From NCBI GenBank assembly GCA_003344405.1, contig NOWV01000197.1, positions 62,001 to 126,000 of the forward strand: a stretch of 64,000 nucleotides of DNA. Reading direction: 5' to 3'. This DNA is from Trichoplax sp. H2. Taxonomy: Eukaryota. The first letter of the stretch is position 1. Each line of letters starts with the position of its first letter. Below are positions 1-22,526 of the stretch, in pieces. The translations under genes were made by a program, and so were the position numbers. The notes under the pieces are model-generated. The model was not told the DNA's origin. It did not search any database and was given only the letters and a program-made list of their open reading frames with translations.

Positions 1-99
1 AATCACGGTTATGGGCAGAAAGGTCTTCAATGACACGTAAACTACAATTGATAATTTTAATTTCCAGCAAAGTGCGTAATGACAGTGTTGTCAATCAAG

Positions 100-3000
100 G
101 ATTGTTCAGTCTGAAAAACAACACCTGGATAATTTATTTACAGTATATTCAACATTGCATTCCTGTTATAATTAACCGCAGTCAAACAGTAGTCGCTAAT
201 TTTATTGAAATTATTAATTCCATCATTTAGATGTTTATAAGGGATAAAGAATATGAAAGTATCTGAAAGTAAAAATACTACTAGATGCGATGCCAGTAAA
301 AAATTTAATTATTACAGCATGTTGCTCCAAGCTTGATTTACATAACCAGAATGTTTTCCTTGGGCTATCAGAAAATTGCGGAGAAACTGCAAGTTATGAA
401 TTAAATCTGTTACAATTATCAATGAATCCTATCTCTCTTTGGCCTTCGAAAGACTTTAAAATATTTTTAATATAAGTATTTATCCGTTAAGGTCAGTCTG
501 AAAGCAGCAGCTGGATAATTTATTCACATTAAGTTCAACATTGCATTCCTACTATAATTGAGTGCCGTCAAACAGAAGTCGCTAGTTTCATTAAAATTAT
601 TAAAAATTCTATCTTTGAGATCTTTATGAGATAAAGAATATGAAAGGATTTGTTTGTAAAAATACCTTTAACTGCGATGCCAGTAATAAAAAAGTATTTA
701 TTGTGGTATGCAGCTCCAAGTTCGATCTACACATTTAATAACTTTCCTAGGGTTATTAGAAATTTTGCTGAGAAACTGCAAATTGTGAATTAAGTCTACT
801 GCAATTAATCTAAACTATTCCAGCTGCAAATAAATCGTTCATTAGGAATTAAATTGCAAAGCCTAATATTTTGATCATTCAAGGTATTAATATATCATTT
901 TATAATGTTTTTTGCCAGATATTACCCGATGGTGATATCAGATGACTTTCTCTACGATGAAGGATGTTGTTTTACTAAATTATCCCCAATAAATGAAATC
1001 TTATTGTGTGCAAAATTCTTCATAATTGATATATTTATATCCATGAAGTTGAAATATTACGCAACAGTAACAATAAAATAAAAGAATTGACTTTAGTACA
1101 GTTATTGCAAGTTAATGCTAATCCTATTTAATTCTACATACACAATAAAAATCTGATATAATTTTCTAAGTGTATGTCAGGTCAATTCCATCGTCGTCTA
1201 CAAGTTAATTTCTACAGCAGTAATCCCATAACATATACTATTACAGCTTTATTTCATGGCTATCCTGCAAGTTCTGAATTTAATAATTAAGCTACTAACT
1301 TAATCTAGACAAATAATCTGCTAGAATGTCCTTTCATTTCCTTAGTTACCAACTAATCTGTCAGTTCAATTTATTCTTATACACCATCCAGTAAAGAAAA
1401 TTTATACCTCCAATCAAATAAGGTATACGTAAATTCAATTCTTATTGACTTATTTTATTTTTTAACTTAATTCCTTAATAAAGAACCCTTTCTGAATGAA
1501 ATATTCTATTAATTAAGGACTAGATTTATCAAAACAAACTAATTAAAAGATATTTTCCAGAGTAAAATTTGCTGTAACTTTGACTCGTAGTCCATCGTTT
1601 ATTTACATAGATTTTAAAGCCTTGATGACGTAAGCAAGGTTTATACATAATAAAAATTAAAAATTTAAATGTATTGTTCGAAATTTTAATTCATAACGCT
1701 ACTTTTTACGCATCATTTTATAATGCAAATTACGCTATAGTAGCTCAATCTTGAAGCTTTCTACCAAATTACCATACCGGTAATTAAAATTCCCTCACAG
1801 TTTAGCCATTTGTAGCTCAACTATCTACTCCTAAATTTCTATCAAAATTAGAACACGATAATTGTTTTTATTCGCTTATGTTAGCATCTGTTCTGCTGTC
1901 TAAAGTCCTAACGAGCATTCTATCTTGATGGGCCATAGTAGCCATTTATTGCACCCTCTAAACTACATTATAGAACCTCAATTTTCTTCTGCCGTGATCT
2001 AAATTATGAATGATTCTAATATCAATTATTTCAGTATCGTTTCTGTTCAGAATGGGCAAACTAAAACAAAATACATCCGAGTACGTAAATAAAGGAAATT
2101 ATTGTCATCGGTAAACTTTTATTATCATTATCTGTCTGAAAACAAGATCATAAACCCATAAGGGCTCATTTCATGTTATCAGTGAATTTAAATTTTTATT
2201 ATCTAACTGAAAACAAGATCAAAAACTTGTCAATTCTCACTTGATGCCATTTTAATTATAGATTATCATTTTATCTACTTCAGGGCCAAAATATTAATTT
2301 TACATTCAGCATAAACAATAATTAATTAGATTATTTTCCTGCTCTTTAGCTATCGAATTCTTTATTATATATTTGAATTATAAACTTAATTTCGATTCTT
2401 TGTGCTTTGATCTTTAAACATCTTAAGTGAAAATGAATAAGAGGCGAAATGACAATAATTTATTACATTATTTACGACGATTCCCTAATTTTTCACTTAA
2501 TTGATATCCATTCCAATAATAAAGTAGAAGAAAATCAATTTTCTCCTCGTTGCAAAATTATTTGTAGCATTGTCCATTTGTTTGTAGGATGGCTTGAAAT
2601 ATAAACTGTCAACCATGATCCTAATGATACAATCTACACCATTTAATACGATGTATTATCATTAAGTACATCAATTTCCTGATGGTGGATCTGATAATTA
2701 TTTGCTTTCATGTTGATACCAAACAAGTTGGAGATGAATCCACTAGTTTAATTAATTATTCCTTCTTTATTTTAGTTGTTTTAATGAAATTAAATTTCAC
2801 CCTATCTCAAAAATGAAAAATTTATTTGTTTCTAATGCATAGAATTCATTTAAATTGCAGCTTAAATCAAAAGCAGTAATATCTAGCTGATCATCCGCAA
2901 TTTTTTCAGTATCTTAGAAGTCTAACTTGGATCTATTTTAAATTTTAGCTCTACTGGGATTGTAATAAAATCACTGTCCTTCTAAAACTTATTAATATAT

Positions 3001-3430
3001 TACAATAATAAATGCTGCTATCAAAATACTCCTATGTCTATTTACACCTGGGATTAAATCTATAATAATAATCTAACTAGGGATTGTAAACGTAAAATGT
3101 TTTTGCTCCGGGTACCCGTTGTTGAATTACTAAATCGAATCCTCGTACTTCATAATTTTATTCCGCTTTCATACCATTCTTAGGACTATTTAAGCGTTCT
3201 GAGATGTAAAGCGAATATAACGATAATTAAAACAGTGATTTTCGGCTGACTTTGACGATTAATTATTGTAAGATAATCGTTGTTAATAACATAATTTCTG
3301 CAGTTAATAACTTATATTTTACGACAACGCGACAAATTGGCAAAGGTAAAATAAAGTTATTTGCCTCTGGTGCGCTAGATAATTTGCCAAATATTACGAG
3401 AACACCGACATCTGAGCTTGCGAATTAAGA
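100..3430 (+). pseudogene. Decayed leucine-rich-repeat-like coding relic with an internal ~390-bp tandem duplication
   Basis: Short LRR-like peptide fragments interrupted by stops and frameshifts: LNLLQLSMNPISLWP (~400-445), ENLYLQSNKV (~1396-1426), LDLSKQ (~1520), LDNLPNI (~3376). 105-420 is similar to 492-810. Confidence 0.35.
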
Positions 3431-4554
3431 TCAGCCCCGGGATCAACCAACTCAAAATTTCGGCGGATTTAGGCGTTTCGGGTATCTTCGACTATGTCTT
3501 GACCATCTTCACAGAAGGTAACTAACTTTAAAGGAATTAGTGCCCTTTAAGTTACGTTCCTCGATGGCACCCAAAAATATCGTCGAAGTTCGCCGAAATT
3601 ATGGTATTCAATACTCCATTTGAATACTTACGAACACAAAATTGTCCAGATTTTTCAATACCAATGATACGCGTGAATTAGAATATTTACCAGTCCTTCT
3701 GGTGGATCTAGCTGTATTAAATTATAGTACCAACGCAATTTTTAAACTGGCGACGTACATGAAATATTCGTAAATCATCGATTTTACCCCTTCCAACATA
3801 GGCAGTTTCAAACATTTAATTAATAAAATTTTGCATTAAATTAGATCAGAACCCAAAGCAACGTTACGATAGTAACATTACAGTAAACCGTACAGTTGAA
3901 ATTCAATATTTGCCAGAGGATTGATAAAGATAATAATACTAAAAGACATGAAACCTAACGTGGCATTTGTTACTGACAGCAAAACGGCTGCATTTTCTTG
4001 CGGTAATTTATTACATACAGGATATAAAACTAAGTGAGACATTCTACAATTGGATAAAAAGTCATTTTCTATCGACAGCTTTCTTCTCACGATAATACGT
4101 ATTACAAATAAATAGTAATACCCACAAGCTCTCAATTCAATACACGTAGAATTCCGGGCCGCTTATCAATTCGCTTAATTAATTACTTGACTACGTGGCA
4201 TTCAACGAGTTACATAGTCATAATAATTTTTTTTCTCGCGTAGCTCTGTAATGGAAGCAAATAGTGATTTTACAATTATTCGTATATGTTGCATTACAAA
4301 CGCTATATTAAAACCGATTCCTAAATCATTAAACGTCATCTCTTCCTACTGTACTCGCATTAATGTGTTATCATTAAGCACGTTGTAAGCATAAATTACA
4401 AAAAAACAGACTTGAAATATTTTTAAAGGTGGAACAATTGCAACGACATCAAGCCAACTTCACAGATAGAATTATTACTTTCTTATTCTTCTCTAGATCG
4501 AAGAACCGTGACGATGGTCAAAAAACAATAGTGCCAATACTATAGATTGCAATA

Positions 4555-4682
4555 TAATAATATATATATATAGTTACTGAACGTAAATATATATATATAT
4601 ATATATATATGCCGTATGTATGTATGTATATATATATTTAAATATATATATATATATGATATATATGTATATTATGTATATC
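4555..4682. repeat. (TA)n / (TATG)n microsatellite
   Basis: Several TA runs, the longest at ~4587-4610, plus TATG units, downstream of the MARK stop codon. Confidence 0.9.
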
Positions 4683-5408
4683 ATCGTTAGTATGTGTTGC
4701 ACCGGATTACACAACAATAACAAAAAATGGTCGTGTGCCATACATTTTGATACTCCGTAATTAAAGATTAAAATGTAAACCAGAAATCATAACCATTCTT
4801 ACGCATCAAATAATAGTATAATACCATTATATACCTATGCTACAAAAGAGCAGTACAAGCGGACTAATAAACCAGCAGCAGATGATGGCAAGTAATATCG
4901 GTAAAGCAATTAAACTTTATAGAGAATTATTTACACATAAAACGTAATATTAATAAAGTTAACGTCTTCAGTGACTTGCGGAAACGATCGTGTCGCCTTT
5001 AGTAGAAACATCTACATTAGAAATATTCCACCCATTGATTTTGCGGTACAAACCTGATGAAAACTGTACATTACATGATCATACTAAGCAAACATAATAC
5101 AAACTTAAAATTTCAACGTGAAATATAGAAAAAAATGTTCAGTGATGTCCTGCTTTCGTCACTCTAGCATCTATGCAAGCAAAATATAAAGTTTTTTCAT
5201 ATCTACTAATCTCTTGAACTTGTCATCAATATATACTGTACTTCCGAAGCATAGCAACATGATTGTCATTATCTGACACATTCAGCTAACTATCAACGCA
5301 ATAATAATATCGTATGCTAGCTCCCTATGAATTACTTAATCATTCCAAATATCCAATAAGGTTATGGTTCAAATATTAATAAGTTTCTTCCAACTTTTTC
5401 AATACCAA

Positions 5409-14911
<9,503 letters not shown>

Positions 14912-17900
14912 AATGACGAGTTGAGTGAGCACAAGATTGAACGCTGATGTTGGACAGCGGTTGATCAATTCGATGAACAACTAGAAGGCAGCAGTCAACA
15001 ACGCATGCTGCTGTAATTCACAGCACACCCAGGCAATAAATGGCGAAACGTTGTATAACGCTGTTAGAGAACGATTTGCCGATGACAGCAAATAAAATGT
15101 TGATTCTAAGTTAATTACCAATCGTGATCGGTTGTAATAGCGATAATAGCTAACTTCAACTGCATAGAACTGGCCAATGACAGTTAAATATGGCCGGCAG
15201 AATACACCAATGTTAGTCAACGTCTTTGATAGCAGTCAAGATAAGCGCTAAAATCAATCGTAATAGTTGGAAGTAATCTTCACTTGTGATCGAGTCGTTT
15301 TTCTTATGAAGAATATCTTGATACCAATGAGCATAGAATAGTAAATAGTATTATTGCTAGTCAATATAAGGCAGTTACGGTAGATGATATTCAATTGGAG
15401 ATTATTCAATTTGCAACCGTTAATGGTTTTTCACGAATGGTACGCAGTATGCTACACTATCATAATCTTCAAGATCCTAAACGTCTTTCATCTGTTGAAC
15501 ACATCAAAGTACTTTCGAACTTGCCAAGGTGGTTCGTTGATGGAAAGTAGTCGTGTTCCGTTATTCACTGACGAAGTAATACAAATATTCTTCAATCTGA
15601 CCAATTACGTAAAACTCCAAATGTTGGAAGTTTCGTGATTGTAAGCCACGAGCGCCTGGAGCTGTGCCTTTTTATCAAGCTTTTTCTAAGCTCGCGTCTT
15701 GACCCGTAGATTATGATGATTTAGTATTGAGTAGAATTTTCAACTTCAATCAGTAGAATGGTGGTGGAAGGAGAGCGCACTAGTGTACAGTACAGTCCAC
15801 TCTACTCCACCCGACTGTTTAACGCAGTATCACCAAGCTAGTTGTTGTTGTTATTATGGTTCAGTACTACTGTTCTCTCCAGGAGTGCAGTACAGTACAG
15901 CGTACTGTACACTGTACAGTACCGTGGCCCACTGCTACAGTGCACAGTACAAGTTCCACATTCTGTACTGTACACTGTACAAAATGACAATGTCCATTTG
16001 TATTACAGCAGCAGCTCCAGCAACGAGATATGAGTCATCAATGATGACCTACAATGTACACATCAACACATCGTGGATTGAACTGCGCTGAAGCAGGGAA
16101 AATGCACGATGTCCGTAGTGACTGGACGGTAAGTCCATCAACTACCTGTGCTAAAATACCTCTACTTTTATGCATTGCTAGTGGAAAAATACCATATCAC
16201 AACCACTTTTTCTATAGTCGATATCGGCTACTATACTTTGTACAGTATTTCCCTTCCACTACCTTGTGCTCTACTGTACTGTACAGATGTGCGTCATTCA
16301 AGTCCTGTCTGATTCATTAAAAAAACAATCATTATTCTGCTAATTTGGGCTTTTAGCATAAATGGTGTACAGTATGCTAAACGATCAAGGCCAGTAGAAT
16401 AATACATTATTACAATGGTACAATATTATGTCGTGAGTTGTACTGTAGACGACAACATTTGGCCTACAGTAGAAGGCAGCAAAGTATGATAGTATACAGT
16501 ATAAAATGACTGCAATGAAGAAGCAACTGGACTGCCAATCAACATGTGGTGAATGATCACCAATCATGCATCATTCATAAAGCTTATTACCACTATAATA
16601 AGCGTTGATCATATGATACGATGATTGTTGAAATAATACAATCAAAAAACATACTGTGCAGTAGATTGAATTGAATTTATTGAGGACTAGAAGTGAGTGG
16701 GTTGAGAAGGAACCAAATGAAGGCCAATTTTTGGCTCATAGTCAAGACGCTGTGCTACTTGAACGCAGTTAATTAAATTATGATGAACTACAACAGCAAG
16801 AAGCACTGTAATGACTCATTTTAATTGATGAATAATAATAAGATTGATCATGGCAGTCATCAATGGCCGCATACTGTATCTTGAAAGAAAATGCCTTGCA
16901 TTGTCCCTACAATAGTACCACAGTGTATAGGAGTACACAAATACCATCTATAAAGTAAATAAGTAAATAGTGTTATCGCGCTGCATTATACCGCAGAATG
17001 ACGTTTTGATTTACTAAGTGATTGTTCCAACTACTCCTGATTACACTCATCAACCAAAAGTTGAATGGTCTATGGCGCCTTCAGTCATCCTAGAAGAATA
17101 TGCCTAAGCTACGTGCATGATTTCTGATACTCATCATCTTCATGAGATGAATCAAATCTGTCAGCAGAGAATGCTATAATAGCCCATGGATCTTCAATCA
17201 TGATTCAATAAGAATTGATACGCATAATATAGATTGTAGCATACCCCTTTCCCAATATCACTCCTATCACAGCTAACATTACGTCTTGAAAAAATTCCTA
17301 GTTGAGCATCAGAAAAGGCCACGCTACGCCTTGCTAACTAATCATGGACTGTACGGAATGATGTATTCTATTAGTAGAGTCTACTCGGTTAGATTGTATT
17401 ATAACATTGAATGATTGTCATGTTAGCCATGATAATGCTGCAACCAAAGAAATCCAAATAGAATAAAAATTCAAAAAAGGTTTTTTATTATTTATTATTT
17501 ATTATTATTATTATTGTTATACTTGAGCTGTTGTACTTGAGTTAGTCACATCATTGTATATTGTAATTTTATCCCGCTTGATGTATTGCGCATTGTCATC
17601 AATTTGGCTTACGAATTCGATATGGAGAAGCCATAGACTGTGCGTATAAATAATTATTATTATTATTATTTACCGTCGTCTGCAGTTTGCTTATACCGTA
17701 CATAGTCGAGCTAACTGCAGAAAAAGTCCTTCATCAAGGCGAAAATACAACGAGTGCAGACAATCTGTCAAGAGTGCTAAGCAGCCATGACGTCATGAGG
17801 TTTAGGAGATGCAACCCAATTGCCCTCTCACGTTCCTGTACAAAATGGGGATGTTGTTGATGAGAATTAATTCAATTAGGCATGTTAAACGACCTACAGA

Positions 17901-19473
17901 AGCCAGCTAAGCTTTTCATCAAGTTGGTATTTTTTTTCAATGATGGTTTGGATTATATTATTGACTTGATCCGATGGCTCGCCACAAGATAAAATATTCG
18001 GTTCGGCTTTACTTTGGCTTGAAGTCGGCCTAGCAGACTAGAGCTGAATCAATGATGCGGGTAGTAGAGTAGAGTATACGGCAGGTATTCAGAGCGTGCT
18101 ACTGTATTGCAACATGTTATCATCAACTCTTTCCACTAGACTGCAGTAGTGGTACAGTATACTGTACCTCTGCGACGAATGTGCGTGTCTCGGTGTACAG
18201 TAGACCCTTCCCATTTCGACTAAATGTAAAGAATCCTATGCTGAAACGTCTCCAACGATGGTATTCACTTACCAAAACTCATAGACATAATTTCAGCTAA
18301 TTCTATCAAGATTTTTGGAGATATTTCAGCATAAAATTCTAAACATGGAGTCAAAATCTGAAGAGTCTAGCGAAGTCTACAGTCTACAGTCTACGCTACT
18401 CTACAGTACAATCATCGTTTCTTTTTACTGTAGATGATAATAATAATAATAATAATGATAATAATACTACCCATCACCTACTTCAGTCAATTTATTTAGT
18501 CAAGCAGGAAATAGAATTGCAGTTTTCAAGCTTTTCTGCAGCATTCTTGGATTATGTGGACTCTGTAAGAGGATGATGATCAGTTGGACTTGATATTGCA
18601 AGGCATGCATGCTCTACAGACGTACTGCAGTTCAGATTCAGAGGAAGATGCCATCGAACATAACAATACTCGCCATCAAGATCATCCTAAACAAGTGCAA
18701 TCGAGTAAGGCAAATTTCTTCATTAAGGTTAATCTATCATCAACATGACATGATTGTGTAATGAATGTTCAAGAGTATCTGCCATACAAACGATACGAAG
18801 CTGATGAATGCCTAGAAATAGGATCATTTCGTTATAGTTGCTATAGCTAATCTGCAGGATTGAGGGACTCTTTTTTGAACTTGAAGTTAGATAATGTATT
18901 ATACATAATAGACCACAAGATCAAAGTAAAAAAAGCATCTATTGATCTAATTTAATTTAATGATTATATTATTTATTGATCATGTTGAGCAGCTTGTAGC
19001 ATGCACGATAAGTACTGTGTATTAATTTAAAAAATGAAAACGATTTCAATCAAATTCTATAGTCACAAGTTATCCTGGTTATCCTACGGTTTTTGGATGT
19101 AAGACTGATTATATTATTGATGAGCATTCAATCAACCATCAGTACCATGGATGATCGACTACATATAATTATTTAGAAATGATAAATCATATAAATCACT
19201 ATCGAGACACAAGTGTATAAAAATAACAATGGGCTAGTGCATAGACTTCTAAAAATTCGGTCTTTTTGAGTAGTCCATGGCTAGTGCAACTGCATACTCT
19301 TACGGAGAGTAATTCAGGATGGATTAAATTGAATCGCCATCGTAGACAGTAAATTTTGTTATGCACCCAAGTATAAACCTAATTAAGTTGCATTCTATCT
19401 GCTTTGCTATTTGCGTTGATCTTCAGTACATCTTGACGTAGGAAATTGCCATCCAAATTTAACTCATTGCCGG

Positions 19474-21111
19474 ATGGATGCTGTCAATCCTGCTCCTGCA
19501 TTACCAACGCCAAAAGTTCCAGTTATTCGTCCATACATTTCCAAAAGGAAAAGAGGTGATGATGATATGCCATCAAACAACAACATCGTAAAAAAAGGTC
19601 CTCTAAATATACCGCCTAGTTATCAATCTGATACTAGCAACGACACAAATGTTGTCAATAGATTACCTAATAAAGTCAATGCCGTTTACTCAGAACATAA
19701 AAAGTGTGTCAATTGCATCCGATGGAACCCTAACCAGCATAATCTGTTATTATCTGCCAGTATGGATGGAACAATACGGGTATGGAATTATCCTCAGTGT
19801 AAAGAGAGCTTGCTATGTATTAGAAATCACTTTCAGGCAGTGAGATCAGCTTTATGGAGTATTGACGGTACTAGTATTCTATCTGGTGGATTTGATAAAA
19901 CTTTACGCCTTACGGATGTAAACGCAGGTGAATTAAAATTTTAACGCCGTAATTATTTAAAGGTGATGCATTGGCTAAAAATGACACTTTCTGGTTATCA
20001 ATGCTATTAAAATTTTTCATTATAGGAAAGGAAACATTACTGATACAAAATAATCAGTTTATTACTGCCCTTCATTTTCATCCTGTGGATAACAATCTCT
20101 TCATTTCAGGTGGTTCACAAGGGGCTATCAATTGTTGGGATATTCGCTCTGGAAAAGTAAAGATTCCAATGCTTTTCTACTATCTTTTGACATTAGTTCA
20201 CCTTTTTTGTACTTTTAATATACGTCGTCTATGCTATTGATGTAACATCACAGTACCAATTGTGTAAGACAAGGTATTAATGTTCTCATTTTGGGATTTA
20301 TATGAAGGCAATTCGAAACTACATAGGTACCTTTGGCCAATTGCAAGATTTCGCATTCTTAAATGATGGATCAGAATTCTTTTCAGCTACAGACACGGTG
20401 CGTCGTAATTCAACCGATCGTGCTCTACTGGCTTGGGATTTTAAAACTGGAGCTATTCTCTCTAATCAAATATATCAAGTAAGTTCATCTAGTATAAGCT
20501 ATTCAATTACGATATTGTTGTTCACTCTCATGTATACCTATAGAAATTGAATCTTTGATTCAGTTGCTGTTTAACTAAGTGATGGTAATGTATGCGTAAA
20601 TCTCTTAATAGGAAGCATTTACGTGTACATGCCTGAAAGTTCACCCGTTTGAATCGACGCTCATTGCTCAATCAAACGGAAATTATATTGCAATTTTTTC
20701 AACCAAGCGACCTTACAAACTCAACAAGAAGAAAAGATACGAAGGCCATCAGGTAAGCTGCCTGGATTAATAGAATATTAGTCTTAAATTAACGACACCT
20801 TACAAACAGGGAAACAGCTCATACTAGCCTACTGTATACGCAAAGTAAATACTTATATTTTTGTTATATGTGCTACGATTTAAATATAGGTATCTGCACA
20901 CCGCATTGGCTGCGATTTTAGCCCAGATGGCACTATGGTCATAACTGGATCATCAGATGGCAACTTTTATGGCTATAGCTATAAAAGTAGCAACATTATT
21001 AAAAAAGTTGAAGCTTATACATGTGCCTGTGTAGACGTTGCGTTCAATCCTGCATTATATAGAACTGTTGCTACTTGTGGATGGGATGGAAATATCAAGA
21101 TTTTGAGTTAG
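19474..21111 (+). CDS. WDR25: WD40-repeat protein WDR25-like, 5 exons; start codon uncertain
   Basis: Exons 19474-19927, 20026-20156, 20308-20478, 20612-20752 and 20890-21111. Motifs RPYISKRKR, LLSASMDGTIRVWN, AWDFKTGAILSNQIYQEAFTCTCLKVHP, AQSNGNYIAIFS..YEGHQV..GCDFSPDG and ATCGWDGNIKI match the WDR25 family. Confidence 0.88.
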
Positions 21112-22030
21112 CTTGCATTGCTATAACTTTGTCATGTATTATACCAAGCTACGACTAATATCAAAATCTCGTCTTGTGCGGGTGCCTTAAATAATGTACC
21201 ATACGGTATATTTAAAACAGAAAACCATTAGTACACTTTCATATATATCATTCAAAAATGTAGCCTAAATTTACAGTCAAAAACATGTCAGGCATTATTA
21301 TGACGCGCAAATACTATAGCTTTATTCTAAAATGTGGTTAGTCGTCAAGAATGCCTAAAAAATGTTTGTTAATTATTAAGATCGGCAGTTAATATACGCT
21401 ATCAACTTTGGACTTTATAATAAAGTTGAAATTGTAAATTTTTATCTCAAGTACCATCAAGTTGTTGCTAGCAGAATAAAAATTGATTTTTATACAGACG
21501 CATGATGAGTACGATAGTATCATGTAGCAGTTCACTTTATAACTAATCAATGAAACCATAATTTATTTGCATATCTTCATTCTGAGCTTGTAATATTGTT
21601 CCGGCTAATGATTTCCAATGGACAAAGCATGACTATTAAATCACTGATCGGGAATATTTCAATTTCATTTCAAACGTAATATTTTTAAAACATTAAAGGA
21701 ATTACAGCTATCAATCTCAAATCGTTACATATAATATTATTATAAAATCAGACACGTAGGAGGACATTATTTCTTCGTCAGACGCAGAATTATTTAAGGT
21801 TATGGATATTCTTGTATAATTCGGCCGGATCTTTTCAGTATAACATACTATGAAGTTTAATTTGGTTAGAGATTAGCATTTATCAGATTCCTTACTGGAT
21901 GGTCGATATTTTCGCAGCTTCTCCTCCAATCTATATTAATATAATTAAGTGCAGATATACTAGTTGAGAAGGTGTACAGTAGTTTGCGCCCTTGGATAAA
22001 TATTTCGCTACCAGGATTATGAATAATAGC

Positions 22031-22526
22031 TTATCGAAACATAGTATTAAGGTATTGTAAATTAAAATATTTCCTTTCTAACCTATTAATCCTATTTTCC
22101 ATTGACTGTATTTTCTTTCTGCACTTATCGTAATTATCATAATAGCTTAGGATTTGACTATTTAATGCACTTTCCAAGCGATGAATTCGTTCCGCTTGAG
22201 CATATAAACTTTCGCTCATTACCATGACTCTCGATCTGGTAATTTCAACGTCTATCCTAATATTCATTACATAGCAAAATGAGTACATGTTAACATTTAG
22301 GTGTATTACTTTTTATATCGCTATAAATGGAGTTCATAGCAGTGTATTTATGTTTAATATAAATTTTAATTTTAATTGCTATCGATAGAATAAATATATA
22401 TATAAACTATATGCACTAAATGATGGGAATTAATTTACTACTGTATATAGCAGTACGTTATAATGATCAATATAATTTTACGTACGCTAGGCGACGATTA
22501 TCCTCCATTCCATCTGCATCAGGCAT
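22031..22526 (-). CDS. Putative small orphan coiled-coil protein (2 exons, ~88 aa)
   Basis: Exon 22526-22486 (MPDADGMEDNRRLA, GT donor) splices in phase to 22256-22031 (IDVEITRSRVMVMSESLYAQAERIHRLES..KKIQSMENRINRLERK..*). The sequence has heptad-like composition. No family recognised. Confidence 0.3.

Noticed and set aside
15290..15550. Stop-free + strand frame upstream of MARK
   Set aside because: No early ATG, no convincing splice sites and no recognisable domain.
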